DNA from: Lytechinus pictus
Lineage: Eukaryota
Reading direction: 5' to 3'
Assembly: GCF_037042905.1 (NCBI RefSeq)
Contig: NC_087262.1
Location: 5,332,001-5,396,000 of the forward strand
Length of the DNA: 64,000 bases
The translations under genes and the position numbers were made by a program. Of this stretch, positions 40,158 to 54,067 are shown one piece after another. Numbering within the stretch: the first letter of the stretch is position 1; the number at the start of each line of letters is the position of its first letter. Under the pieces are notes generated by a model. That model did no database searches, was not told where the DNA came from, and worked only from the letters and a program-made list of their open reading frames with translations.

Positions 40158-40905
40158 AGTAATTCTCGCTACCCCAAATAGGAACAAAAATCTCATAATG
40201 GGCGAGACGAGATAATTTTCACTCTGTCGGGTCGTCATCACCACTTCCGGTTTAGAGTCATGCTCGCGCGATGTTCGCGATACTGAGTTTTCCACCACGC
40301 TGAAATCGATGCCAATCAGCGTAATATGTACAGAGTATAATACTTTTTATTTCGTTTGGTCAGTTTTTATTCCATTTGAATTATAAATTAAAAAAAAAAT
40401 ATATTTCACGTGAAAATAATTTTTATTCATGTTTTTATTTGGTTATAAAAAAATCAAACAAATAATGAATATCTTAAAATTTTGCATTTAGCGACCGGCC
40501 TGACATCACGATCGTATTCAACTAGACGCTAAATATATACAGCATTCATTTCGTTCAATTTTTCGTCGACCACAAAATGGATAAAAATCAGTTTCGGAAC
40601 TTAAAAAAATCTTAACTGACAGATGAATACCGTGCAATGGAAAGCGTCGGGCAGAATTAGTGACTTTAGCAAAAAAGGCCGTTAAACTGTATCATGAAAG
40701 AGAGGGTTGTGATCACGAACTTTCCGAGCGAAAGCGACGTTGTGTTGTTGTGCATGACGGCACTGTTGATCTGAATTGCAAAACAGTGCATTGGACTTCC
40801 GAACAGGAAGTTATAATACCGAAAAGCTATCCCATAATGCAATGCGCGTTACAGGGATTTTTCCGGATCTCGGCGAAATCGCTATTTGGGGTAGCGAGAA
40901 TTACT
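40158..40905. mobile_element. Non-autonomous DNA transposon with a perfect 24-bp TIR
   Basis: AGTAATTCTCGCTACCCCAAATAG / CTATTTGGGGTAGCGAGAATTACT; TSD not evident. Confidence 0.8.
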
Positions 40906-41574
40906 AATGGCGATGATGCGCATTCGGACTGTCATTTGGGACCTTTCGCAATCCTCACGGACGCTAATATTAGGGTCCCCTAACACAAAAGTTAACGCTT
41001 AATCATACACTTGATTTTTAAGATTGAATGTGCATTATAGTCAATAGAATCAAACGTAGAAAACTGCTCTACAATCAATGCTAAACTTTGTGTTACAGGG
41101 GGGTTACAGGCCCTACAGATCTGCTTTTCGTGTGCAAAATCCTTTTCTGCGACACTCGCACCATACATAGCATGTATATTACGACTGATGGTTTGAGATA
41201 TTCGAAATGAAGACCTAAAATAGATTATGACATGGATAAGAAAGTGGTTTTTCAAACAAATCGAGTACATATTGAGTGAGGAAAAACTTACTGAATGAAG
41301 GCTTAGATATAGATCATTACAGTCCATCGAATCGATATTACATTTAATGTGGATTATTGGTGTATCACTGGCAATTGATTTCATGGGTCAGATCAACCTC
41401 TCCAGCCGAACATTTCGCGTGAGTTGATATGTGCACACCATTATGTAATACATTTGAACTCGTTTCTTTTTGTTTCTTTTGTTTATTCCTTCTACACAAA
41501 CGATATGCCTCTCGCACACGATGTAATGGGCATTATGTTTTACTTCCCCCAGAAATGGGGATTAGATTCAAATT

Positions 41575-41874
41575 CCGGGGGGACCACTTCCATTAATGAG
41601 TGGATACCAGGCACGACCATGGGGTTTCGAAAAATACCCTAAACAAGCTGGGAAGTAATTCTTTTCCAGATTATGAAAATGCATCTCTTAACAAGAATTT
41701 GGCTTGTGAAACCCTACAAGTATTGGATATCCCTTTTTTGTCAGCATTTTAAACATCGTTTTGACACCCTTATAACGTTACATAGGCCTATACGTAACGT
41801 ACCTGCCCACTCTGTCCCCTTTTACGCGTGGTCGCTCCTGGGATCCACTAATCAATGGAAGTGGGCCCCCCGGG
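41575..41874. mobile_element. MITE with CCGGGGGG termini
   Basis: CCGGGGGGACCACTTCCATT...GTGGAT.CCAGG / CCTGG.ATCCAC...AATGGAAGTGGGCCCCCCGG. Confidence 0.8.
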
Positions 41875-44509
41875 CGGCCTCTCGAGCTCTAGGAGGAGTC
41901 AAATGTGGCTTTGGAAAGTCGTCCTCAATGAGATATATCGCTGTTACCATAGTAGCAACCAAAATTTTGCACACGAAACGCATATTGAATGTTTCCGTCG
42001 CAGATGCGAAACGAAAAAAAAATCTCATGTCACACAATTTGCATTGCTGGACGACCATGATGACGGGCCCAAAAAGTCTCTTCCAAAATCAACTAACGTC
42101 GTAAATAAGCGTGCGCGTCCTCAAACGAAAGGTCCGGATTGATCAAGTTTCAAACCTCATTCATCGGGTGAACGAACTCTGTATTGTGTTGGAGTGGAGT
42201 GGAGTCTTGAATGTCACCGATCACTCAGTCTTGCCGATTTTCGCATGGATAGAGTGGCTGTGAAAGACGATAAAACTCGACAGATATGTGCCTGTCTGTC
42301 AGTGAATGTATTGTAATGAGGAAAGTTTACCGGGAAGATTGGGGTTTGCGAAGTAGGTTATAAGCGTCAGGAATATTTCAGGTCTTCAACCCAATATCGC
42401 ATCATTCATTTTTGCTTGGAATGCATCTATTTCGTCATTCTCATCGTGTCCATCCGCATATTTTTCGCTCTTATTCTCTCTTTCAATTTCCACTGCACCC
42501 ATCACGTCTCACTCACTTCCCCCTCTCCTTTCTCTAATATGGTGTACAGGTGTTGGTACTCCATGGGTCTTTTCCTGTCCCCTTTGCCATCATCACATTT
42601 CCGCTATTACCCTCATTATGGGTCTGGAAGGCTTTTCATCTGACATGTTTTCAGATCCGACAACTTTCCCCAACTTGTGATTGGCTGAGAAACACGTTTC
42701 CTATGACAACCACTGTCGTATAATACATACTTTGTCGGATAAAGCACCCGACATTTCCTTTCACGAAATGCTCCTCAGGCCATTTTGCCATAGTTCTCCA
42801 TGCCCTTCAACCATTCTCCACGTCCACTTATAAGCTCATTACCTTCCCACATCTCCTTCTTCTGGTAATATTACATTGAAAATTTAGTTTTTTTATTTTA
42901 TTTTAAATTGTTTTGCCCTATCACCCTGATCACACCTTCAGCCACGAAAGAACTATCCAGGATTTGACATCTCATTTCAACGCAAAACTTTCATCACCTA
43001 GAGGCTACTCCCCAAAATCATGAATGAAAGGTCTCTATACCTATCAAAATAAGGCTTATCCTTATCCTCCTCAATATTATAACGAAAGCAAAAGTGGATG
43101 TAGTCACGTGACCTGTAACCTAAGTTAGGGTGTCCATCGTAATCCCATTAATGGTCGTCTTGTTGCGGGCTGCCTGTCTTGTCAAAGAGAGTGACTGCAT
43201 GTGTGGTCAGTTCACAACTTCTTTCCAAACCTCGACTCTTCTCCATCCTAGATCGTTGGTTGCTTCCTTGCCTGAAAATGCGACAGCTTTATGGACAAAT
43301 CAAAGGCTTAGCTCCGTCATTCACTGTCCATGTAATATTTGAGGAAAAAAAATCCTTTGTTGAACCAATTATAATTCTGGTAATGATGACAATTGTATCT
43401 TTGACATTTTATCTTGAATGGTGCGTCGATCGTTCAAACTTTGGCATTGAGGGTTGCAATTATTATTCTATATTTGGTAGATTGGCATGAAAACTTATTT
43501 CTCTAATTCTTTAGTAGGAAAGGAACGAGAAAATTGAATGTCAGTTGATGTTGCATTCTGATAATAAAAATCTCGACGGACCAAGTTAGAGTCTAGAATC
43601 GCAGAATACTGTAAAATTCAATATTTCTATTCGTTTTCCTTCACTCGGGCGAAACGACTGGAATGATGTAAACATGTCATATTATAGAACCTTATTCGGG
43701 GTGTTGTTGGCTTATGAAGCCAGCAAATTTCATTAATACATTTCCATCCAAAATCTGTTTTCTATTTCATTACGTATGAACTAGGTTAATGGTTGTGATC
43801 GACCCACCATACGGGGTATAAGTACAATACGATTGAGCGGGTTCTAAGATCCATTTGAAAGTTCATGGAAGTCATCGACCTCCGGAAGTGATCTCTCCAG
43901 ACGACCTTCCCCCTACCCACATACATACATACAAACATACACACACAAACATACAAACACTATTTGCAGATCAAGGATGTTTCAAATCTGAAGCAGTAAT
44001 ATTAAATCAGGTGTGTACTATTCGATTAAATTGGCGCATGTACATTTTGCTTTGTATCATATTTTAGACTATTTCACCGTATTCTTGAAAAATACTTCTT
44101 TATTTAAATAGGTACTAAATATGAAAGAAGACCCTTTCCTTATATAGTTGTCAGATGAGGTGAGGAAAAAGTGTAGTATTATACGATAATCGGTTTTTAG
44201 AGTTCTTATTATCTTGTAGTCAACAACTCAAAATGACACGCAATGTGACGGTAATACTACCCGTTTCACTCCTACACCTGTATATTTTTCCAGTATTTGA
44301 ACCGCAACCTCAGAAAATAGATAAAGGTACTGGTCACGAAAGGGGGTCAAGCCATGACGATATACCAACTCTTTAGGTCACACTTCCTATATTACCAGGT
44401 AGTGCGGTGTGGCATGCATTAGTAACGAATATTCCATATGGTGGGTGGTGATGATGAAGATATTATGGTCCGAATTAATCTAAGTTCGCTCTGTCACTCA
44501 TCGTTTACT

Positions 44510-45800
44510 CTCTGCATCTTGCCCTTCTCCCCTCTCCCTTCCCTTCCCTCCCATCTCCCTCTCTCTATCTGTCTATCTCGTCGCTCTCTTATAAGGGTTC
44601 TTTAATCCAGACAAGATGTGGACGTCCTGAAGATTGTCTTGGAGACTTAACCTGTCTTGAAGAATTTTGTGAATGTAATGGGTTGCCATATTTCACTTTC
44701 CCCCTCTCCTTTCTTCGCCTTCCTCCCCTCGCTACCCCCTTCTCGCAACCTCTCTCTTTGGTATGGTGTTTGGGCTGTAATCTTAGGAAGATGTGGACAT
44801 TGTCATCGTCAAGACATTAGAGTGATATCATGCAGATGATCGCAAATATAGATGTTGATATGAGACATTCACATTCTCTTTCTCTCTCACCAAACTTTTA
44901 TCGCCCTCCCCCTCCGTCTTTTTCTCTCATCTCTACGAATCTTCGCCCCCTTCCACCGTGTATGGGCTGTAACTAATTTTCAGAAGATTCGAACATCATG
45001 GAGACATTGGTTGTGATTGAAAAAACATGCGTAACTTGGACGCAAATAGCTGCTGATATTACATCAGTAACCTTCTTTACTCTTTCTTTTGAATGATTTC
45101 AACAATTTTTACATCCACCCCTCCCCTTCTCTCTCTCTTTCTTTCTCCCTATCCCTCCCCTCCATATCTTAAGCGATGTATGGTTTGTAATCGGTAAAAG
45201 ATGTGGAGATCATTAAGACTCTCCAGGGGTGATTGAAACAGCAGGCGCATTTAAAGTTTAATAACTGTTGGTATCAGTTCTCCTTAACGTCTTCTTTAAA
45301 ATGACCTAAAGGAATATTGTGCACAACTTTACCGCTCCATTCACATTATCCCATCTCCCTCTCTCTTCCCCAATGTCCCCCTGTCCTCCCCTCCGAATCT
45401 CACCCCTCTATTATTAATTTTCTCTATTACAGCAGTGTTTGGTGATTTGGCATGCATCTCTCTGGGTCTTTCTCCCTCTCCCATCTTCGCCTCGCTCGCT
45501 GCGCCTTCATTCTCAACCCTCGTCCCCCTCTCCCTCACTTCGTCCTTTTTTGAATGATCTGTAAAAATATTGTTCACACCTTTACCGTCCCTTCACATTT
45601 TCTCACTCTGCCCTCCTGTCCTCCCCTCCTAATCTCACCCTTCGTCCCCTCCCCTGTATTATCCCTTTTCTGTATTACAGCGGTGTCATGTTCTGTAATC
45701 TAAAGAAGATGTGGACATCGTGAAGACAGACGTCATGCAGTGATGATCGCAAATAGCTGTTGATATATGACTTCGTCTTAACGTCCTCTTTTTAATGATT
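44510..45800. repeat. Degenerate tandem array (units of about 175-250 bp) alternating CT-rich tracts with an AAGATGTGGA motif
   Basis: Motif copies at about 44613, 44789, 44984, 45199 and 45706, several followed by GATCGCAAATA / GACGCAAATAG. Confidence 0.65.
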
Positions 45801-47819
45801 TGTATGTTTTTTTTAACACCCTTCCCCTCTCCTCATCTCTGTTGTTAACATTCAGGCTCTTCCCTTTTGGATCTTTTTTTCTTTATTTTTTTTTACTCAC
45901 TGCATATCTTTTTTTTCCAGTCATATTTAGCTGTCTTTCTTTTCTCCCTTTCTTACCTCTTTCAACGTGGGTTTTCTTAAAAATTGCGAAGTATTATTAC
46001 GTATAATGGTGATCAATTAGAAAGGCATTACCACCTAGGAATCTGTGCAGATATTGTTAATTTTCAATTTAATCCTTTATTATTGCTTTAATTATTCGGT
46101 AATTTTTTATTTTCAACTTAGTTTCAAAGCATATATATACACTTTATTTCAAATGTAAATATATATGTGTTTTTTTAATGGAAGTTTAATTTACCAAGCA
46201 TTTTACTGCTTTGCAAAAAAATGAGGATAGGTTTAATCATTAAACTTGTAAGTTTATGAATTAAGAACCAATGATAGTAGTGGGCGAAGACTGGCGTAAT
46301 CATTAAACAATCATTCCATTAACTGAAATACACTTGAACATGTTCAAAATGCATTGAATCTGATGAGTGTGATAACGTTCTTATTTTAGTGTGACCAGTC
46401 CCATCCGTTCATTTTCTTGTAGTGTCTCATCAGATAAGATCTGCTGATCAATTAGTCCCATCTATACCCGTTGTTGTTATGCTGGTGGTTGATGGTGAAT
46501 GTTGATAAAACCATGGACCTATAACGATAGCACATCCCTTTAGATATACAGGTCTCCTTGTGGATCTACATGACGAAAGGTATTAACATATAATCACACA
46601 GAAAAATCTGACATTTTTATCAATGTCATGTGGGCTGATAATTAAAATACAATAACAAATCAGTAGAACAAAATCATTTCAAGAGGGCCCATCAAGTCAC
46701 CGTCAGTTCAGGGAATGAGGCCTCCATGATTATTGCACGTGATTTTGATTTGTAATTTTGTCAGTGCCATTCGCATAAAACATTTTACTATGACATTCTC
46801 AATCTACCACGATGCCATAGCACATGAAAACAAAAAAATAAATCTTTAGTTTAAAAAAGTTAAATTTCTCCTGTAAAAAGTTTTGTGCAACAGTAATCGG
46901 ATAATGCAATGTTTCAAATTTTGTGACACATTTTCAATCATATACGAAGACTATTGAGATTATGCTCATATTTCATTCATTTCATTTATGTACTTCATGT
47001 GTTGTTATGTCAAAAGTACTTCCTTTAAAATTTAACTTTAATAAGAGTATATCAAATTGCGAATGTTGGCTGATTTTTTTTTTTTCATTGTCATTGCGAT
47101 ACTTTATATTGTAAAATGGCATCCACATTCTATGTTATCTTGAAAAGTATCAAAATGTCTACATTTACGTTTTTGGTGTTTTGGCCAGTTATCAAAAGTA
47201 GTCGCTTTTGTAATTGTAATTGGAGACGATTGGATATCGATGTGACAAATGAAGTGAAAACAACCCAAAACGCCTTACATTTGTTAGAAGGATTAGCACT
47301 AGAAACTATGCCGTCATCTATTGTAATCGTTAATTAAGCTGATAGGAAATCAATATGAACAATTTGACTTAATCTCCGGGGTTAATCTACCAAACGCCGT
47401 GTACTGTAAAACCACACACAGTCATTCCGGTGGAACCGACCCGAGACTGACCAAAATTCATTACGCTATTTCCAATGGCATACCATTTGTCGATTTGGAG
47501 TCGGTATCATTGGTACGTCTGTAGCTGTAACACTGATATCGAATTAAGACTTGACAATGAACAAGTATCCGGTCAGCACCGAAGCCGTGACATCTGTTTT
47601 CCCCCTGGTACAACCTCGCTGAAAATAGAGTCGTAAAACCAGCGCTCTCAAATAAACCCAGTTTATGGTATCCTTAAATCAAACGAGGTTTATTGATGGA
47701 GGGAATTTGTGATAGGATGGGTAACACTGATTTGAAAATCAATTCATTTTCGAAATAATATTCCATCTGTGAAAAAGATTTGTGAAGATAACACGGTACT
47801 GCATCACTAAATCTGAACG

Positions 47820-48290
47820 CCGGTCAGTCAAAGAAAATCATAACCCGATGTTTACCTCCAAGCGGTCACTCTTGCGTTGGCTTTTATTAATTTTTATTCT
47901 CTGTCGTACATCCTTCCTCTTCCAACTTCAAGCTCAAACCAGGTGTGTAACACATTGCATGCATGAAATCTCATGAAGGGGAAACAGTCATATAGGAGAG
48001 TACACCAGTACGCCAGTCAACATGGTCAATCAAAATTTTTATAACCCGATGTTTACAACCTAGCGGTCATCTTCGTTTTGAGCTTTTATTGCTTTCTAAT
48101 CGCAATCTTACATTTTTTTTTCATCTTCAAGCTTAAAACCATATGTGTACCTCATTGCGTTCATGATATCTTATGAAGATGAAAAAGTTCTACTGGAGAG
48201 TATACCCTCAAAAAGCCAGTCAACTCAAATTATTATAACCTGTTTACAGCCAAGCGGTCACTCTTGCTTGATGTTTTATTGCCTTTTCTC
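47820..48290. repeat. Degenerate tandem repeat, about 190-200 bp, about 2.5 copies
   Basis: CAGTCAA...ATAACC(CGA)TGTTTAC...AGCGGTCA recurs at about 47825, 48014 and 48218. Confidence 0.7.
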
Positions 48291-48762
48291 CGTTCTGAAA
48301 TCTCGAAGAACAAAAATGTTATCGCTTTGCATTAGGCAGTAGATAAGATGACTGGAGGGGCGCCATGGGTTTTGTCCAATGGCACGTCATGGTCGTAAAC
48401 TACAGTGATGTGGGTCACAAATCGCCCAGCTGTAGTTCATCCTAGGTTTTAAGTAGTTTACAGTGAAGGATATCTTTCAGAGTTGACGTCTTTAAAGAAC
48501 GATCCCATCCTGTTGTCAAATTGATTGAAATAGAGTGAGTGTTGCGAAGAAAGGTAGTGAAAATTCAATTAAAAGAGAAATCTATAAAACATTATTTTTT
48601 AAACATATTTGTATACCTGAGCTTTTGACGACCACTTTATCTGTAATGAAAGATCATGTTGGATGTAGGTGTAGGTTTTATAATCTGCATATTGAGGCAA
48701 CATACCACTCTGACTCGGTCACTCGAGTGTCGAGAGCGTTTCACGAAATAATCACCAAATTA

Positions 48763-48966
48763 CACTGTAAAAACTGTGGTGTTAAAACTGACACCAGTCG
48801 GTGTTAATAGAGGACCACACCCTGAGGTGTTAAAATTACACCCTCGAGATTTACCATAACACCAAATAGTGTAAATGTAACAACCAATGGTGTTGCAATA
48901 ACACCGGTGTAAAATAACTGGTGTGGTCCTCTATGTACACCGGTTAACACCACAGTTTTTGCTGTG
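48763..48966. mobile_element. CACTG-ended MITE nested in a Harbinger-like MITE (about 48733-49046)
   Basis: CACTGTAAAAACTGTGGTGTTAA / TTAACACCACAGTTTTTGCTGTG, TA TSD; host ends AGCGTTTCA / TGAAACGCT. Confidence 0.8.
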
Positions 48967-50403
48967 TACTTTTTTGGTTATAAGCTATTGAAATCCTTGC
49001 ATCTGATTGGCTCAGATTACATTTGTCGGTCAAAATTTCTCAAAAGATGCTTAATGAAACGCTACCTGTCCCCACTCTGCACAAGAATTGTTTGAACTGT
49101 CGTATAGAGTGTTAATCAGTGAGACTGGTTTTCTAGACTAGTTAGGCACCGTGGCATCGGAATTAGAAATGATGTAATAAATCAAAATTACCCCTCTAAG
49201 TGATTAGTTCGTCACAGTTCATCGTCTATCTCTTTTAAAATAATTCATGGGTTTTCTTGATCTTTGAAGGCACTGTAGAAAAAATGGAGTTTCGAAGATA
49301 TCAAATAGAGCTCCTTCAAGGAGTTGCTACCTAGTGTGAAAAAAATATTTTAAAACTTATCTTAAAAGATCATTTATTACTTTCTTAGTAAGCAGGCTAT
49401 TATGAATGTCTCTTTCAACAACCCAACAAATTTGAATGAATTGTAATGTTTCTAAATTATATTTTTGCACATAATTGTCACATATATATTCCTGCCAACG
49501 AAACTTTGCAAAATAATTTACAGCTGTAAACTTGCATGCAGTGTTTACGTTGTTTTTAATTATTTCTATTTTATTTTTTTAGTTCAAGTTTTAACATACT
49601 CCACATATTCTTATGTGGAATAGATTGGATACGTATTCAAGCGTATATAACTATTGTTAGAAATCATTTCTTTGGGGGAGGGGGTAAATCAGAAAACTTA
49701 AAACAATAGTCACAGAATAAGCATGAACAAAATTTAACAGAATATGTTAAACCATATTGACGTCATATGAGTATTTTCGACATTCAAGTCGCTGGGATGA
49801 GTGAAGTCACTGGTGTCGATCCATGACGTCATATTATTCAAGTGGGGGATGAAACAAAAGATCATTCCACCCCCCCCCCCTGAACAATAGATTCACAACA
49901 CAAAGTGACACCCATGGGTGAAATAGTTTTTCTAGGCCACCAACGTGACCAAAGCACGCATAAGTCAATCAAAATTATAGATAAAATGACGTAGGCAGTG
50001 TTGGCTTTCCATAGTCAAACCACATATTGAACCCAAGTTCGAAATGAGCACTCTCTTAATACGTGCCATTCTATTTGAGCAGTTCTGATGATAGGATTTC
50101 CATACGCGTAATACTGGAACTAGTAAATAAAGCCGACTCAATGCACGTCGATCTATAAATTAATTCATCTGCTATGACAGTAAGGTTTAAACTACAATCA
50201 CAGCATTACTTCTTGGTTTTTTTTACCTGTCTACAAACTTTGATTAAGAATATTGGGCGGTGCGACACAGCAGGCTACACAGGGAGCGATGGGTTAGTAG
50301 TTTCAACTATTTGGCATTTCATGAAAAGCAATGGTTTCAACCTCTTTAGATGGCGATGATGAGGTCTGAAACGCCATGGAAACACAGAAGACGGATATAT
50401 GTA

Positions 50404-50526
50404 CACTGTAAAAAATGAAGTGCTAATTTAGCACTTACAGTGCTTGTATAGTGACCGCACTAATAGTGCTGATTTTCTAGTTCAAATCTAAACTAGAAAA
50501 TCATTACTTGTAGTGCAGTCACTATA
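50404..50526. mobile_element. Truncated MITE of the 2770/36914 family
   Basis: CACTGTAAAAAATGAAGTGCTAATTTAGCACTTACAG; right end missing. Confidence 0.8.
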
Positions 50527-51857
50527 GCGTTCCCGGGGAGGTTCTTGTTTTGTATCGTACAGTCCCTATAATCTTTAAAACCCCGAGGTACCCCCAAAGC
50601 GTGTCCGTCTTGACACGCCCCTATCATATCACGTCACACCACAGGGGTGTGTATTTGTACTCGATTCATCTCAATATCATATAAGTTGTTATTCCAGAAA
50701 TCTTAATTCCCTATACTAGCTGCTACGCACGATCGGTGGTATAGGGTTGCCGCAAAGATGGAAACAGAAAGAGAGCGACGAGACAAGATGGGCCACATAT
50801 ATCTGATAGATCCTAGGATAAAAATATTTCCTAAATCTTTTACCTGCCTGTCCCTATTCTTGACGTGATTTCTTTTGTGGAGCACCCCCTCTATGCCCCT
50901 CTTCCTTTCTCTCTTTCTATCTATCTCTCTTTCTCTTTTTCTCAACCTCTCTCTATAGATATATATCTGTCTATATCTTTCTCCATACCATCTATCTATC
51001 CACTTACATATCTTATTTTTTTCTTTATCTATTCATGTATGCATCTATCCATCCATCTATCTATACATCAATCTATCTACCCATAATCTATCAAGCTGTA
51101 TATTTCTCTCGCTCATAATACCCCCCCCCCCCATCGTTCTCATCTACTCTTTTTCTTTGATTTGATATATCGCTGCCTTCTACCCTTGTTTGTCTCTCAT
51201 AATCATATTGGGAACTTGTTAAGAATTATGAAAGCATAATCTTGCTTAGTGGCGGAAAATTTAGAACGAAAAAAGTATTCAAAATATTTAACTACTTTAA
51301 CAATTGTTTTCTTAATTTTAATTAATTCTGTCTTAAATTAGGGTGGTGTTATCTCCAAGGTGATTCCCTACCTCAATTCAACTTATCCCATTTTTTTCTC
51401 ATCCTGGAAATAAATACATCCCGCGAGCTTATTCTTTCTTTCTGAATCTCTTACTACCTTCGTTCTTCTAATATTCTTGCCCCTGAAAGAAAGAAAAAAT
51501 CTATCTAAAGATAATTGGTCGAATTAACGTTTGGAAAATTATCACACAGCGGAGATTATAAAGCATGGCACCGATCAGTCCCACGCATAGAAACTTTTTG
51601 TTCGATATGACAGTCAATGAAAATATAGTTGGGTTGTTAGAATTTTCCGTAGTGCTATTTTGATTGTGCTGAAGCTGTTGCGTGACCACCGTGGGATAAT
51701 TTTGTCTTATTACTGATGATAATTGTGACGTTCTCCGAGGCGCCTTTTCCCACTGGACATGACCATGGATGGATGGATATAGTCGTCTAGGAGCCACCAC
51801 CCCTGGTGGGGAACACATGGTTCCTCTCTCTCTCTCTGACCGTGACGTTTGTTACAT

Positions 51858-52206
51858 GGGTAAATTGTCAATTCGTCTACTGCCAACTCGTCCACTCACC
51901 ACATGGTCTACCTTCATTTACTCTAATGCCATTCCTTCACTTCGTCTATGACAATTTCGTCTCATGAGCAATTGGTCTAATATTCGTTGTATTTTCATTC
52001 ATTTTGCCCAATTAACACTTAGTCTAATTACACCAAATGGTATATGGACTAAATGGATATTAGACCAACTGGTTATTAGACGAAATGGTGAGTGGACAAA
52101 ATGGCAATAAGACCACGTGGATATTGAACGAACTGATGGTAGACCAACTGATAGTAGACGAGTTGGCATTTGGACGAATTGACATTAGACCAAATGGAAA
52201 TAAACC
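51858..52206. mobile_element. MITE/HINE-like element built from inverted ~15-bp subrepeats
   Basis: TCGTCTA / TGGTCTA repeats on the left and TAGACCAA / TAGACGA repeats on the right. Confidence 0.65.
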
Positions 52207-52477
52207 GTTTCATGTCCAGTTACACCCACGAACCCGACTCTAAACCGACCAATGGTATGACATTGGAAATCACGTACAACAGCTTCTGTCGTCCAGTGTC
52301 GGTTTCGAGTGTGTAATTGGGTCATTTGAAATGACATCCATTGAGCATTGTTGTGAAAGTATGGAATGTATCATGAATTAAAAACAGTTGTGTAGTGTAT
52401 TCTAGAAGGGTATGTTTTGGATGAAGAGGGGGAAGGGAAAAGGGGATATAGATAAGTATTTGCCAAGTGATTCAGGT

Positions 52478-52647
52478 GGGTGTTTCATGAAGCTGTTCGT
52501 AAGTTAAGAGCGACTTTAAGAACGACTGGTGATCCTTTCTTGTGGTATAATGGTATAATCATTAGCGATGGCTTTGCGAGTAAGAAAGGATCACCAGTCG
52601 TTCTTAAAGTCGCTCTTAACTTACGAAGCAGCTTTATGAAACGCCCC
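52478..52647. mobile_element. Harbinger-like palindromic MITE
   Basis: Arms of about 60 bp including a long perfect stem (TTCGTAAGTTAAGAGCGACTTTAAGAACGACTGGTGATCCTTTCTT). Confidence 0.9.
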
Positions 52648-53588
52648 TTGGAAGTATCTTGTAATTGATGAGAAATGAGCAAAACAAGCATGAAATCTGC
52701 CCGATGTCGGGACTTCTCCAAACTCTGATAACATACTCTCTGCGTTGTTGATCTACAGTGTGATGGTAACTGATTTCGTGAGTCACAAAGTTAAATTAAG
52801 TCAATTCAATAATTTAATTATATACTTGAAAATAAAAACCAAATGTCAGATAAGGATGGGTTGAAATTACTAAAATGATTTTGGAATTAATACAAGAGTT
52901 ATCTAAAGAAGATGTGAAGCTGTTAGATTTTGTTTTTGTCAAATGATAGGCTCCTCTATCTTAATGAGCAAAATAAAGAAATCGGACTGTAAATAATTTT
53001 GTACTGATCTTTTTTTTTACTGTTAAGTTATGATTTTTTTTCAATCCATAATTCATCGGGAGAGATGATATGTGAGTTTTTTCTGCTAATTCTACCAATA
53101 TTTATGACATTTGTCATTAACTCTGGGCAAGTAGAAAAAACAAATTGTTGTGAACAATTATTTTATAAAGTAACTTCCGCCCCCCCCCAAAAGAAACTCT
53201 TTATTAAACAAATAAATCAAGTTGTGTTTAATATGCCCATGGAGTGGACCCTCATGATATGGTTTAATATCTGTCTTTCTTTTTAAATCAAATCTAAAGT
53301 AGCAATTTATTTAGTCAAATAAGAAAAAAGTGAGGAGAAGGACCATACTTAGTAGCTGGTATTTTTCAGGATTTTGACACCAGTGACTGAGTCGGGGAGC
53401 ATGACCGATATTTTCTCGCTTGGTAAGCCTCCCGTGCTGTTTCGTACGTGCTTGTTTTTCCATAGCGTGAATTCATCGTAACCTAACTGCTTACGCTATG
53501 GGTCTTGGGAATTTTAAGTAGACATGTGGGGGTTTAAAGGCCCTGCTTACCGCCATGTTCTAATAACTACCTTGCTATAACATGCTCA

Positions 53589-54035
53589 TAAGTGTGATTT
53601 GGATAAAATGAATGAAAATTTATATAATTATTTGTTATCTTCCCCAAACGTATTCATTTGTATGAATTAGTTAAGCCGGTTGAAAAATTATATAATTGTT
53701 TGTGACCTTGTTAAGGCATATTCATTAGTGAAATTTGATAAACCGAATGAAAAATTATATTATCATCTGATACATTCTTCAAGCATAATCATTAGTGAAA
53801 TTAGATAAGCAGAATGAAAAATTATACAATTATTTGTTATCTTGTCCAAACATATTCATTAGTGTGAATTAATTATTAAAGCCGAATGAAAAATTCTATG
53901 AATGTTACCTTGTTAAATCATATTCATTGGTGAATTGGATAAACCAAATGAAAAATTATATTATTGTCTGATACCTTGTTAAAACATATTATTTGGTGTG
54001 AATTAGTCAAACCGAATGAAAAAAAATCTACAATT
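53589..54035. repeat. AT-rich minisatellite, about 66-68 bp, about 7 copies
   Basis: Recurrent ATATTCATTAGTG...GATAAACCGAATGAAAAATTATA. Confidence 0.8.
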
Positions 54036-54067
54036 GCTTAATTTTTCTTTTGCTTATATACTATCAG

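Noticed and set aside
53589-54035. Regularly spaced repeats as a CRISPR-like array
   Set aside because: Whole units are homologous with no unique spacers, the context is eukaryotic and there are no cas genes.
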